A DNA stretch of 63,937 nt, counting the filler, from Octopus bimaculoides (Eukaryota), in NCBI RefSeq assembly GCF_001194135.2. It is 5 parts of 5 records of this genome, joined end to end, with 100 filler letters (N's around TTAATTAATTAA, not from the genome) between each part and the next. Parts side by side here need not be neighbours in the genome. Positions count along the whole stretch, not along the records: positions 1 to 18,422 come from NC_069001.1; positions 18,523 to 37,252 come from NC_068981.1; 3 more parts are not named here. The stretch is one strand, 5' to 3'. Under the pieces are notes generated by a model that did not search any database, was not told the DNA's origin, and saw only the letters and a list, made by a program, of their open reading frames with translations. The position numbers and the translations under genes were made by a program. Positions 13,673-26,884 of the stretch are shown here, piece after piece. Every line of letters starts with the position of its first letter. The stretch's first letter is position 1.

Positions 13673-16128
13673 ATGGTTATATGCCAACAATACACACACA
13701 CACATATATATATGTGCGTATGCATGTATAAGTGTATGTATGTATGTATTTATGCATATACATGTCCTGGGCATGACATGAAACTGTCTCCAATGGTGAA
13801 GGTCCAGTGATCGGGAGATCCTGAAGTTTGGGAATCGTGGCGGTCACCACTTAAATTCCGTTACTCCCTTTTTATTTTATTTTCTGACCTGGAACTGTAT
13901 TACTTTTCAGTTTCCCGTCTCTGAGTCGGTTAGCTTTCCCAGGGGTAGAATGGGCTCCTGTTATTTTTTACATGATGTGGTAAAGATAGCTCTTGTGGGT
14001 AAAAAAACAGTGGCAGAAATCTTGCTGTTGAAATAGTACTGGTCATTTAACAACATTTGTCACTGGAACATAATATGGTAAATGAGAGAATGGCAACATT
14101 ATTGTACCAGCTTTTACCACTTAAATTCAGGGAAGTGCAGATGTGATATTATTCGTTTTTTGGACCGTTTTATATTTATAAAGTCTTATAGCAATGGATG
14201 CGTGCTTACGTCACATCAGTAGAGATGAAAGAAAATCTAAACAATCAGGTTGAGTATGAAACGGCATCTGACAAGATGAGGCGATCATGATATGCACTGA
14301 AACTCATATACACACACTCACACACACACACACTCACACATAATTATTATTTACTAACAACTTCCTGATACATGAGCTATCAGTTCAAAGCACCGCGTAC
14401 CAGTCACTTGTTGGCTTATGGGAGTTTCCTCAAGACATTAAGCGCCCCTCCACACTGAGATGAGGCTCGACTTGCTGGATCAACTGACTACAAGGGTTCT
14501 CTCAGTATTTTCGTAACAAAACCTTATTGTCTCTTTTTAACTAATTCCTGTGGCTTGTCTTGTTCACTGTAGTACTGCTATCGCTCATAATATTGTTTGC
14601 TCTATATAAAGTTAGACCTAGCGACAGCAAGCATCACTATATAAACCTTACGTAAAATATTGTACATCCAATGTTTATTGGATAATGTTTTGATATCCAG
14701 CCTACATTTTTACTTTTACCATGAAACATCTTTATATTGCATTCTACATAAAGTAGAGTGTATTTTAAGAAATAGGAAAATAAAATTGGCTGTCATTTCT
14801 ACTTGGTGAAATAGCTACATACAAGCTGCATCGCTGACTGCAAATATTACTACTCGTCAGAGTTAATGTTCCGCCAACAACCAGTGCTGAGTACAGTGAA
14901 AAACATCAATAACATTACGCATGGCTATTTAAAATTATATGTAAATTGCCCAGCATTGATGCTATCACAAGCAATAAGCATATCATTAACTGTGAGTTCT
15001 GCAGTTGTGTATGAGAGTTTCAGAAGATTTAAACCATGTGTCTACGTCTAACATGCGTGTGTGTGTGTGTGTGTGCGTGTCTATGTGTGTGTACTGGACA
15101 TATATGTGTACCTGTATCTCTACTTGACTATAGGTGTGTATGTCAGTATTTGCTAACTTTAATCAACATACGTGATGATGGTTTCAATGAATGACAAAAT
15201 AGAAAGCTATGTACAAACGTATTTGGTATACTTTCAACAAAATCGGATGCTAGGTTATCATTAAGGTGATGCTGATGATGATGTTGATGATGATGTTGAT
15301 GGTAATAACAACGATGATGCTGAAGGTCATGGTGATGGTGTTGGTGGATGTGCGGAATATAGAGGCACAACGTTGGCAATTAGAGCGCAGCTAATGTAAT
15401 CTCATAAAATCTACTTGGAGTGTTGTATAAATTTACAAAATGGCGACTGCCTGCAGTTGTGTCTGAGGCAGAAATGTAGGTGAGGATTGAAGACCGTGTT
15501 TATAATTTTCAGTGAAGTCAGTTATCATTAGTTAATTGTGTGTGTGTATATATNNNNNNNNNNNNNNNNNNNNNNNNNNNNNNNNNNNNNNNNNNNNNNN
15601 NNNNNNNNNNNNNNNNNNNNNNNNNNNNNNNNNNNNNNNNNNNNNNNNNNNNNNNNNNNNNNNNNNNNNNNNNNNNNNNNNNNNNNNNNNNNNNNNNNNN
15701 NNNNNNNNNNNNNNNNNNNNNNNNNNNNNNNNNNNNNNNNNNNNNNNNNNNNNNNNNNNNNNNNNNNNNNNNNNNNNNNNNNNNNNNNNNNNNNNNNNNN
15801 NNNNNNNNNNNNNNNNNNNNNNNNNNNNNNNNNNNNNNNNNNNNNNNNNNNNNNNNNNNNNNNNNNNNNNNNNNNNNNNNNNNNNNNNNNNNNNNNNNNN
15901 NNNNNNNNNATATATATATATATATATACTAGATAGTAACCCATAAGCGACGACGCACAGACATATCTTCACACTCAAACAACAACACCACGCGCATCTA
16001 TGCCTGTGTAAATGCGTATGTAAGTGCTTACATATGTATCTATATATACAAGTAGCTATCTATCAGTATAGATGTGTATAAATTCATGTCCATGTATGTA
16101 TATGCACACACACACACACACACACACG

Positions 16129-16161
<33 letters not shown>

Positions 16162-16787
16162 GTGTGTGTATACTTGCACACATATACACAAACAAACACA
16201 CACACCTAGATATATAGACGGATAGATACATACATACATACATATATACATACATATATACATGCATGCATACACACTACATTCCAGGATAACACAGCTT
16301 GGTAATTTGAACATATATTGCAGTCCACTTGTTAAGTGTTATATCCATCAATGTTCTTGTTCTTGTATATCTTGTTTTCGTTCTTGTTGTTGTTGTTGTT
16401 GTTGGTGTCGCGTTCGTCGTCGTAGTCGCTGTCGTTCTTGCTGTTGCTTTGGTAGAGCTCGAAGTGTGAGGACGTGATGAGGGCAGTCAGAGTATGAACG
16501 GTTTCAGGCACAGAGAAATTCATGGCGTCGATCGTTGCAGCGATGACAATTTTAGCTGCAGCAGCCGTTTTGCAACCGCTGGCATGGTGGTGTTGTTGTT
16601 GTTGGTGGCGGTGTTGGTGGCGATGTTGGGGAGTGTGGTAGCGGTAGTAGTATGATACTAAATCAAGGTGTTATAATGTGGTAGTAATTTTAATGATGTC
16701 ATTAACATTTATACCTATATATAAAATACGATATATATACATAAATATATATGTATATATTGTATGTGTATGTGTATATATGTATGT

Positions 16788-16849
<62 letters not shown>

Positions 16850-16866
16850 ATATGTATGTATGTATG

Positions 16867-16900
<34 letters not shown>

Positions 16901-17210
16901 TGTATATGTATATATGTATGTATTATTTAGGATATCCGGCTGCATCACAGACACACATAGACATATGTGGGTTAACGAGACTGTAATGTAGACCGTGAAC
17001 GCATTTATAAAGATTTATGTGCATAAAGACATATAATGTTACGCATAATTTTATGCAGTCTTCCTGCAGAGAGGAAACTAACCTGCTCAGAGACATTTCA
17101 GTTCGCTGATGATGATACGCATGGATATATGTGTTTATATGTGCGATTGTGTGCGTGTGTGTCTGATTGTGAGTGTGTGTAAGTGCATATATGCATACAT
17201 GCATACATAT

Positions 17211-17261
<51 letters not shown>

Positions 17262-17401
17262 NNNNNNNNNNNNNNNNNNNNNNNNNNNNNNNNNNNNNNN
17301 NNNNNNNNNNNNNNNNNNNNNNNNNNNNNNNNNNNNNNNNNNNNNNNNNNNNNNNNNNNNNNNNNNNNNNNNNNNNNNNNNNNNNNNNNNNNNNNNNNNN
17401 N

Positions 17402-17458
<57 letters not shown>

Positions 17459-18360
17459 AAGATACAGAAGATGCAAAAAGCCAGAATGGCGGAACATGCG
17501 TAGGGAATAAAATGTATAAGCTGTATGTGGTGTTTAAGAAACGTATTTCTTTCATTCTTTCTTCCTCTCTCTGTCTTTTACTCTTTGTCTATCTCTATGT
17601 AGAAGTATTCCACAATTTGGAAACACTATACAGATGCATAAAACACAAATACACACACATACACATTTAATACAAACTCACACACACACAAACACACACA
17701 TACATATGTATGTATATAGCTGATTTCTCGTATACGAGCAAAGCCCTTGTAAAAAAGAATAATTGAAACGAGGCACTGATGTTGTAATATGAGGCCCCTT
17801 CTATGAATCATCAGCGCGGCTAAAGATTTAGATATTCTGTTGCATAATGTAGAGCTGTGCTGGCTGGCAAAAGAAACAGGTGCCACAGGATGGATTCTTT
17901 TGACATGCCTTATGTATGTTGGTAGACGTTTCCATAAAAAAACTTTGGAAATTCATCTACGATAAGGTGGCGTCTATCCTCTTCAGAAATCTTCTCGTAC
18001 TCACCGCTTCATATGAAGATAATAAGCATATAGTGTACGTAAGCAATAACACGCACCCTAGCACTGAAATCTTCTTAAGCTTACAGCTTAAGCTGTGGGC
18101 AAAGACACCCATATCTATCCATCTATATATAAAAAAAACACACACACACATGAACAAATAAATAAATAAAAACAAATACAAACGAACACGTATTAACAGA
18201 GTATATAGGTGTTACAGACACTCCCCATACACACATGCACTTACAAAAGACACAGACACATTGAAGGACACGCATGCGTAGACACATACAATAGGAATAC
18301 AAAATACAAAATGGCTGATAGTTAGCAAGGTGAGACACACATAAGAAGGAAGGAAACAAA

Positions 18361-18405
18361 GGACCACTGATGAGGTCACAGAAGTGTGACGAAAGAACTC
18401 TGGCC
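18361..18405 (+). ncRNA. Minimal type I hammerhead-ribozyme-like motif (Penelope-type terminal repeat)
   Basis: GGACCA-CUGAUGA-G-GUCAC(AGAAGU)GUGAC-GAAA-G(AA)C-UC-UGGCC: intact core, 5-bp stem II, 2-bp stem III and bulged stem I. Confidence 0.6.
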
Positions 18406-18422
18406 GAAATAAGATTTAGATT

Positions 18423-18522
18423 NNNNNNNNNNNNNNNNNNNNNNNNNNNNNNNNNNNNNNNNNNNNTTAATTAATTAANNNNNNNNNNNNNNNNNNNNNN
18501 NNNNNNNNNNNNNNNNNNNNNN
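18423..18522. other. Artificial 100-bp scaffold spacer N44-TTAATTAATTAA-N44
   Basis: The identical construct occurs at 37253-37352, 50145-50244 and 61972-62071. The 12-mer has stop codons in all six frames. Confidence 0.95.
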
Positions 18523-19082
18523 TATATATATATATATATATATATATCGACAATGACTAAATCAGATAACATCGCGAAAATGCTCGCCGAAGTATCAAGT
18601 GGAATATTTATTCACTCCACCTAAATGCGATCATTGTGGACTATTACAGCAACGAGTTAATGTTGATCCTTCATCATTATTCTTCTCAGGCCTAAACAAT
18701 ACTCACTTGTCTATATGTGTTTCCTAATATAGAACGACGTAAAAACTATTAATCAACAAAACCTGATGGAAGGTTTGCCACTTATAAATTCCAAAACCGT
18801 ATTTTGCAACACGTCTCTCTAGACGTTTTTGTCCTCAATCAGTCAATTTACGGTTTAACTAATAAACGGACGGGAGAAGGAAATAAATAGCTGTTTTCAT
18901 GTCTATTAATATCCCTTACAACTTCTTATTTGTTGTTGAAAACCTGAAGGACATACTCATTTATACACAGTTTATATGTGTATGTGGACGTGCATGTACA
19001 TATAGTAAATGTGTGCGTGCGTGTGTATGTGTGTGTGTGTGTGTATGTGTGTGTATATATATGTATATGTATGTATTCATTG

Positions 19083-19122
<40 letters not shown>

Positions 19123-20179
19123 NNNNNNNNNNNNNNNNNNNNNNNNNNNNNNNNNNNNNNNNNNNNNNNNNNNNNNNNNNNNNNNNNNNNNNNNNNNNNN
19201 NNNNNNNNNNNNNNNNNNNNNNNNNNNNNNNNNNNNNNNNNNNNNNNNNNNNNNNNNNNNNNNNNNNNNNNNNNNNNNNNNNNNNNNNNNNNNNNNNNNN
19301 NNNNNNNNNNNNNNNNNNNNNNNNNNAGAAGGGAACATTGTCTTTGTTTTTTGAGTGAGGTTCCATATATATATATTTTTTATTTTATTTTATTTATTTA
19401 ATTAAAAAGCATTTTAATTAGCAAATATTATGCTAATATTTTTTCATGCAGAACTACATTTCATCAAAAAATTCTCTCCAAAATTGGATGTTTGAAAGAA
19501 AAGAGTAGACAGTACATTTTTGTATTGTAAATATATCTCAATGAGGAGAAAAAGAAAGAAAGAGGGAAAAAGAAGAGAGAAAAAAGGCAAAAAGACTTTT
19601 AATGATGACCACATCGCACCTGATTCCAAAACAATGGTAAATAACTAAATATATAAATGAATGGTGTATAGAAAGGGAGATCGTCCTTCTCTGTCTCCCC
19701 CTCGCCCAATGTGCCACTCAGTGGGACTGAACGCGGAACCATGTGTTTGGGAAGCAAGCTTATTACCACATAGCTATGTCTGCGCCCAAATATATATGCA
19801 TGTATGCTCATACATGCATTTGTACATGGATACATGTGTGTGTGTGAATACGTATATCCTATTAATTTTTCATATCTTTTCCAACCCGCACCCCGCCCTT
19901 TCTTAATTTTAAGATCCCCTCCACCCACTTTTATTCCAACCCTTCCCACCTTGTTAATTATGATAATCTCCGGTGAAATTTTATTGTAAGCTATTCATAT
20001 TGATATAAGAGCTGGAAAATCTAATAATTTTATTTTAAGTTAAGAACATTATATCTATATGACAAAAAAAGAAGAACATTACAAGTAATACCATACGTTG
20101 TAAAATAGAATATATAAACTAAATAACTAATTCTGGGGTTTTAAAAATCAAAGGTGACAGCCGAGAAAATTTTAAATAA

Positions 20180-20345
20180 TGATTTCTGATTTCGGCACAA
20201 GGCCAACAATTTGTGGGGAGGGACCAGTATATTACCTTATTTTTATCGACCCCGTAGGTATGAAAGGTAAAGCGGGATTGAACTGAGAACATAATGGACG
20301 ATAACACTATGCTGCAAGGCACGCTGCTCGATGCTTAGGCACAAA
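20180..20345 (-). mobile_element. SINE family A copy inserted in the pogo element
   Basis: GGCACAAGGCC...TTTTATCGACCCCGTAGGTATGAAAGGTAAAG. Confidence 0.65.
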
Positions 20346-20993
20346 GCTACAAATTTAAAGAGAAGGAAAAATTCGATTTAACTGACTCCCGTTACTAGTA
20401 CAAAACATCAAACTCTGGGGGATTCATTATTGTTTTGACTGACACAAATTGTGAATCAGCATGACATAAAAAAAAGAAAGAAAAAAAAATAACGACAAGA
20501 ATGGGAAAAAACCTGGAGTGTTCTATATTTATTTTCATAACGCATGGAAGAAAAAATATTTATCCACAGTATATACAGCCAAACTTCATGTGAGTGATCC
20601 TTCAACCTTTTATGGCATTGACAACCTTCAACCCTAAGAAGACCGACCATTTCGAGACACAACACACCTGCTTCAGAACACTTAGAAAACAAGGAAATTG
20701 TTGTCAGAAAATATGTTTTAGAACTAGCCAGAGTTTATAAAAACTTGCATCTGGACAACTGCCCCAGTCTGTAACATAGACGTGAGTTTACTGCTACTTC
20801 ACACTGTAGTCAACAAATCTTCATTTTCAATTTCTCAATGATTTATCTACCAATCACCAAGACAAATTTCAGGCAAACTAAGAACTTCAATGACGAACTG
20901 TTTATCCTTATAGGACAAGCCTTTTACGGAATAAGGATTTAACAATATCAAAACGATTCAAGTACATTCTCTTCGAAATTTCTTCATAACGCC

Positions 20994-22010
20994 ATGGCAG
21001 AGAAAAGAGTATTTCGAAACAGGGATATCTCGCCAAAGCTGTCCCTGCGTTTTACTCGAATTTGGCCGGTGTCAAATACTCTGATCGACTATTTGATCCT
21101 GTTGTTAAAGCAGTCAAATGCTGCTATGAAAAGTATCTGTAAGACGAACTTGATTGCGCTGAAAAAAATCCAAAGAAACGTTTCAAAGTTGCTGGAGGAG
21201 GTCGGAAAACAAAAGCACCATAGCGTGAGAAACGCCATGTTTGAATGGTTTGTGGATGTTAGAACATCGCTGCATGCGAGATTATCACAGGTCCTTTTCT
21301 TATTACAGGCTGAAAAATCATATGAAGAGTGGATTTGCCAACAATCAGACACACCAGCTGAGGAAAAGTTGGATGAAAGGTTGACAAAAAGTAGGGGGTA
21401 TCACTGAACTTTCCAAACAAACGCATTTCAATCTCCAAACAGGAATGTGTTGGGCGAATTCAGGATTATTTGAAGAACATATGGAGTGTGCGTCGTTATT
21501 TGCTTGACAAATTTGGCGTAGATCCTCCAATTATCAATGGAGATCAAATGCGCTTGCACCGGAACAAAAGTAGTGGACAAGTTACCTTATCATTCAGAAA
21601 TCAAGATACGTTCGTCAAAGGAAACAACCATTTGCCTAGGGAACGTATCACAGTGTTCACCCAGCTTAGTAATGATACCAGAATCTGGTAAAAGGAACTG
21701 GGAAAAGACCAGCACTACTGAATGCCCTGCCTACAATGAAATATCAATGGTCTCCTAAAGGTTCTTATAGATTAGAACAGCTACCCCGTACTATTGAAAA
21801 TCTTCCAAACCGATTCAATATGTTTTCACATGCAAACTTTGCCATTTATGTGCTCGATGATTACATGGTGCATTTGAAGCGGGAGGTGAGAGATGCCCTC
21901 TGGAAAAGGGGTTATGTGCTAGTCATCATCGGCGGTGGTATCACCGGATTTGTTTAAGTTAACGACACGCACTTGCACAAACAACTGAACGCAAAATAGA
22001 GAAAGCAAAG
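20994..22010 (+). pseudogene. pogo-type DD35D transposase pseudogene
   Basis: HTH-like segment VRNAMFEWFVDVR. Catalytic motifs INGDQM (D at 21542), YVLDDY (D at 21856) and VIIGGGITGFV*VND (D at 21964), with 35 codons between the second and third D. Stops and frameshifts throughout. Confidence 0.85.
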
Positions 22011-25000
22011 ATGCTAGAAAAGTTAGTCAAACTCCGAATAAAATACCCACGCCCAATCGATCCGAGATGATGCAGATGCTACATCAAGCACATGCAGATT
22101 ACAAGATTGATGTCGAAGCTGCTTTCAAGTCGACGTGTGCCACTGTTAGACCGAATCATGCACCTTGTCGGTCCATTGATGCAAGAGTTTCGTCTAAAGA
22201 TGATGTCAAAACCCTTCCCAAATACTATTCAGAGAGTCATTAAATACTTAATTCCATAGAAAGGGGTCAAGCGTGCAAACAATGTTGAAGGCTCGATGGT
22301 GACGGCATTGAGGAAAAAGCTGCCGAAAGTGAGTCGGAAGATGAAAGAGAATCATCTGAGAATCTTTTGGAGGTGATTGACCCATCTGGACAAATCTCCA
22401 TTGAGGTTTCGCAGGAGCCAAAACAGGTTGGCCAGACATGATGACGGGAAGCCCTAGTTCTCTTGCAGGAACCAGCAGTAATGATGAGGTTAATAGAGAT
22501 GCCCAGTTCCTTGAAAATATACAGAAAGTATTGGATGTAAACGAGACCTGTACACTTTTCTTGCCATATCGAAGCATACTCATGTCGATTGTCAGTGAAG
22601 CTCGGCGATCCGTAAAAAAGCGAATATCGAAACCAAGAAACCTGCAGAAGAACAGTGACGAAAAATCTTGAGTCTATCATTTATATGTTTTATTATGTAT
22701 AGTATAATAAATACTGCAATCCACGAAACGGTAATTATACTCTTTTCATTGTGTTTTACGCTTCTTTCTTTTTAAGACGTGTTGCTTGTTTCAATATCTG
22801 TTTAGACAACAGCATTTAAGAAAAAATCACATAATTACCATAATTAACATATGTCTTATTTTTATTATCTGAACGAAAGTGAACGTTTGAAGCACACGTA
22901 TGTGCTAATTTCATTTGCCTCATTGTGTCATATTTGCTTTAAGATGCTCTTTTTCCTAATTTTCGTGCATACACTATACAGTAACTGATTCCCACTCACT
23001 CCAGTTTATTCCAACCCACCCGCTTATATGAATTTAAGCAAATGTTCAACCCACCCGCTTTTTCCAACACCCGCCTCCAATTATTTGGGACCCAAGAGTA
23101 AATAAATGGTTTTTAAAAATACCAAGGGAGACAACCTAGAAAATTTTAAAATTTTACAGTAACCACTATACAATTACCGATTTTCCAACCCCACCCGTTT
23201 ATTCCTACCCACTCGCTTATATGAATTTAAGCAAATTCCAACCCACTTGCTTATTCCAATTCCCCTATTATTTGGGACCCGAGAGTACCTGTTTTCTAAC
23301 CCCGTTTATTCCAACCCACCCGCTTATATGAATTTAAGCAAATGTCCGACCCACCTGCTTATTCCAACCCTACCTATTATTTGGGACCCGAGAATATTGT
23401 CTAACACGTTACAAAATCGTATTATAACTGTCAAGAAATTGGGAGGAGGATATCAGTATTTGACTTGTACTTTATTATAATGTTACCCCCACCACCACTA
23501 CCACCGAAGTTTGACCTCAATAGGATTTGAAATAAAAACGAAAATCATTTTGTCTGCACTCTATACCCTTTATTTCTTATTTCGCTGGGTGTTAAATAAC
23601 GTGTAAGTCGAATGACTACCTTCCTCCTCTCAATTACATGACAGTTATACGATTTTATAACTTGTTAAACAATAGGTGTTGTAAATGCCATGATATGCTT
23701 ACCATAAGAAACTGCAAACATGTAGCGCTTTTAGTTTGCTGACAGCTTATTTCCCTATGCTATAGATATTTTCTTTGTTAGAAGTTTAAATACAAATAGT
23801 CATAGACAGAAATGTCGTATGATATCAGAGGAAAGAAAATATAGAGATGATGTTGATTCTGTATTTTCGACGCATATAATTATATAACATAATTTCTGCA
23901 AAATATCTTCAAGTAAAAATTGAAACCAAATTTCTCTTTAACTTCAACCCATGTAATTTATAAAATCGACCACAACATTATTTTAACGATGAAAAGCTAA
24001 GTTCCGAACTCGATGCAATTTAAGAATTTAAAGGGTTATAATAATTGAAACGCAGTCAGTAACGCCATAAAATTAACTCCTGGTAAACTGAGCCAAATGC
24101 AGTTTTGATTCTCATTTGTATGTTCTCGTTTGTATAATCCATTTCAATTAATTTGTGCCAAGTAGTTTACTTGTCATTCTAGCGGTGTTGTCGCCAATCC
24201 ACGGGTTTTCAGCTTTATAAGTATATTGAAAATAGGTTTCAATTGAGAAACACTCTTTTGTTATATTAAGCTTTTACTTATATCTAGCTATGAAAGTTGT
24301 TCTGCAATTAGTTTCTAGAATAAAAAAGAAAATGAAGAAGGAAATATGTAAATTTGCTTTAGTGCGCCTCATTTTTCTTGTGTGCAGAATATATTTCTAT
24401 TTTCCTACATTTAGAATTTTAATTTAAGCTTTATTCTTTTTAGCCGAAAGCAGCTTCTCGATAATTGAATAAAATAATGATTAAATTATTTTCGAACTGA
24501 GTAAGCAACAAGCTTGTAATCATTAATCATTGCTATTATTTTATTTCATTTATTTTTATACTTTTTATATTCTTTTCTTAACACTTTTCTCTGTCTTAAA
24601 AGATTTTGAAAAATATTTTTAAAAATCTATAAATTTTGCAAATAGTGATGATTGATTTATTTTTTTCTCTTTCGCTATTTATTCGTTTTAAACTGATTTT
24701 CAAGATAAATTTGTTTGTTCTCGCCAAAATACGAACATATATTTCTTTCTTTTGAGAAATAAGTTTAGCACTTGGCTGGTTCATTCGATTTCCCAGGCAT
24801 CTATTACGGTTCTAGCCAATATCATTAATTTTCATTTTCTACCAATCATCTGAATAATGTCTATTCATGAAAAGATGTAAAAGTAAAAAAAAAAGCGCTC
24901 CATTATAAACAACATGTTTATATGAAAAATTACTGAAAGGCTATGTATTTCTTAAACGATTTATACTTGAAATATTCATTTACAATTTTCTTTTCTACAT

Positions 25001-25694
25001 CTTATTTTCTTTTCTACATTTATACCATTTACCAAACACATTTTGCCTGGAAAAATCAAATTTTCCTGGTTTTGTGGTCAATCATACTTTACTATATGTT
25101 TTTTTCTCTCCTTGTGTTTTCACGAATTTCACAATATTGAATTCGTTTATGATATTAGTTAGAAATTGGTAATAAGTGTTGATCACACTGAAACAGTAAA
25201 GAGCCGGGAAATCCCAGTATGCACCCGGACAAAATACCTCACAATACTCTCTATAATCATTGATATTTAACGCTTTAAGTTTGATAAATTAAGTACTTTA
25301 AATATAGTGAGGGCGATTGAATAAGTTATAATCTTTCCCATCAAACCTAACTATGTACCCTTATTGAAGCAGTAAATGAGATGTAGTGTGTTATAAAATT
25401 AATTCTTGGTGAACTAAGTTCAAATACTTATTTTGATTCGTGTTTGTATTAATGCTAACAGAATGAGAAATGTGTAATCGTCACGCTTTCTTGTTCTTCC
25501 TCATCACCGGGTCGAGTGATCGGATTCTTCAATATTTTGGTGACGGGATGAAAAATATGATCGCCAATTATACGGATGCTAGCATTTATATTATTGGTTC
25601 ATTTTTGAGACAATGCTTTTTTAACCCGATAATGAGACTATGCTGTTTTTACCCCAACAACGAGAATATGCTGTTTTACCCCGATCCCTTTATT

Positions 25695-25930
25695 CTCTAA
25701 TTTTTCAGCTAAAAATATGCCCACACATCTGATTCTATCACTGTTGCCTTCCCAGAAGATTTTATACATATTTTTTTTACCTTGGAGGAACTTCATGAAA
25801 CTCCCCTCAACCTTATTCCTTGAACGCAACACACATCTACATGCCTCCGTTCTAGCATCTCAACACCATCCTCAGAACTACATTTCAATGTGCATACGTT
25901 GACATTGCCAACTCTAAGTGGGAAACGGCA
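25695..25930 (-). mobile_element. RTE-clade LINE fragment, N-terminal APE endonuclease
   Basis: Minus-strand translation across frameshifts gives LRVGNVNVCTLK...VEMLERRHVDVCCVQ...KNMYKIFWEGNSDRIRCVGIFLAEK, matching the start of RTE APE domains. Confidence 0.75.
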
Positions 25931-26884
25931 TTCAGCACCTGGCTAACTTTACATCATTGAAGAAGATTTGTTTATAGTATTGAAAACCTTCAGAAGACGA
26001 TCACTTACTGAGATCCCAATAGACCTTTCAGATCTTTAGCTTTTCCTCTAAGAGATGGTAACTCATACAAATCCTGCATCCTGATAACTAGTGGGCTTGT
26101 GACATTTGTTGCGCCAGATGACGATACAAATTTAACGAGGTAGTGGGGAATGGATCTGCACAAACCATACCCACTATAACAATAAACTCCTGCTGCTTTG
26201 TGGTGTAATTTATTGATTATTTATGTTCAGGAAGTAAACACCTACAGAGAATCTATTCATTCATTTACCCATCAGTACAATGGACAGGTAAATGAATGTA
26301 CAGTTTTAATTAACCATATCTGGCATCCTTTCCAGCTCCATGGATGCTGCGAAGGTACTGGTTTGTCCTTTTTTCGTAGTGTATCCATGAGTGGAGAGGT
26401 GATAAGTGTACTTGATTTTAGAAACAGACCAAACATGGCAACGGTGGTTAAGTTACTGTCAGTGCTATACTGTCAATCAACAACGAAAAATACCAATCAC
26501 ATTATTGATAAAATTTACAATACCAGATAGGACTCATCTGAAATTTCAGTATTTTTACCTCATATAATGAGCACAATACAAGAAGTTGTTTTTTATCTCC
26601 TGCTTGTCATTTGTGCAGAAATAAAATCATTAAAATGTCTTCAAGAATAATCATCAATGAATCTCCTTTTAATCCTTGTAGTGTTGCTTGCATATCCGCT
26701 ACAAGTTCTACATCTAGCCTGTCTTTCAAGCAGAACAGGTCTGAAGTGAAGAATTAGGATAGAAAAGGAAGAAATAGAAGCTAAAGGATCTTTGATTGTC
26801 AGAGACTTAGAGACGTCCTAACTAAAGCATTTGATGACAAGGAGGACGAGATATCATTATATAACATAGAGGGTAACATGATTT

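Larger units (their letters stand above)
19846..23396 (+). mobile_element. Degenerate pogo/Tigger-superfamily (DDE_1) DNA transposon; right terminus present in triplicate, left TIR not found
   Basis: Broken transposase frames at ~20480-22670. C-rich subterminal motifs (CCAACCCACCCG-like) at 19850-19960 and 23001-23396. Right end reads TATTTGGGACCC(A/G)AGA(G/A)TA. A SINE is inserted at ~20180-20345. Confidence 0.75.

Noticed and set aside
14866-15051. Minus-strand LTVNDMLIAC resembling the piggyBac motif xTIDExL
   Set aside because: The following residues do not match the piggyBac FRGR/KPxKYG motifs, and no TTAA-bounded TIR pair was found.
18467-18478. TTAATTAATTAA repeated four times in the window, each isolated in Ns, superficially like a regularly spaced repeat or piggyBac TTAA sites
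   Set aside because: It is always flanked by exactly 44 N on each side (100 bp total), so it is an assembly spacer and not biological.
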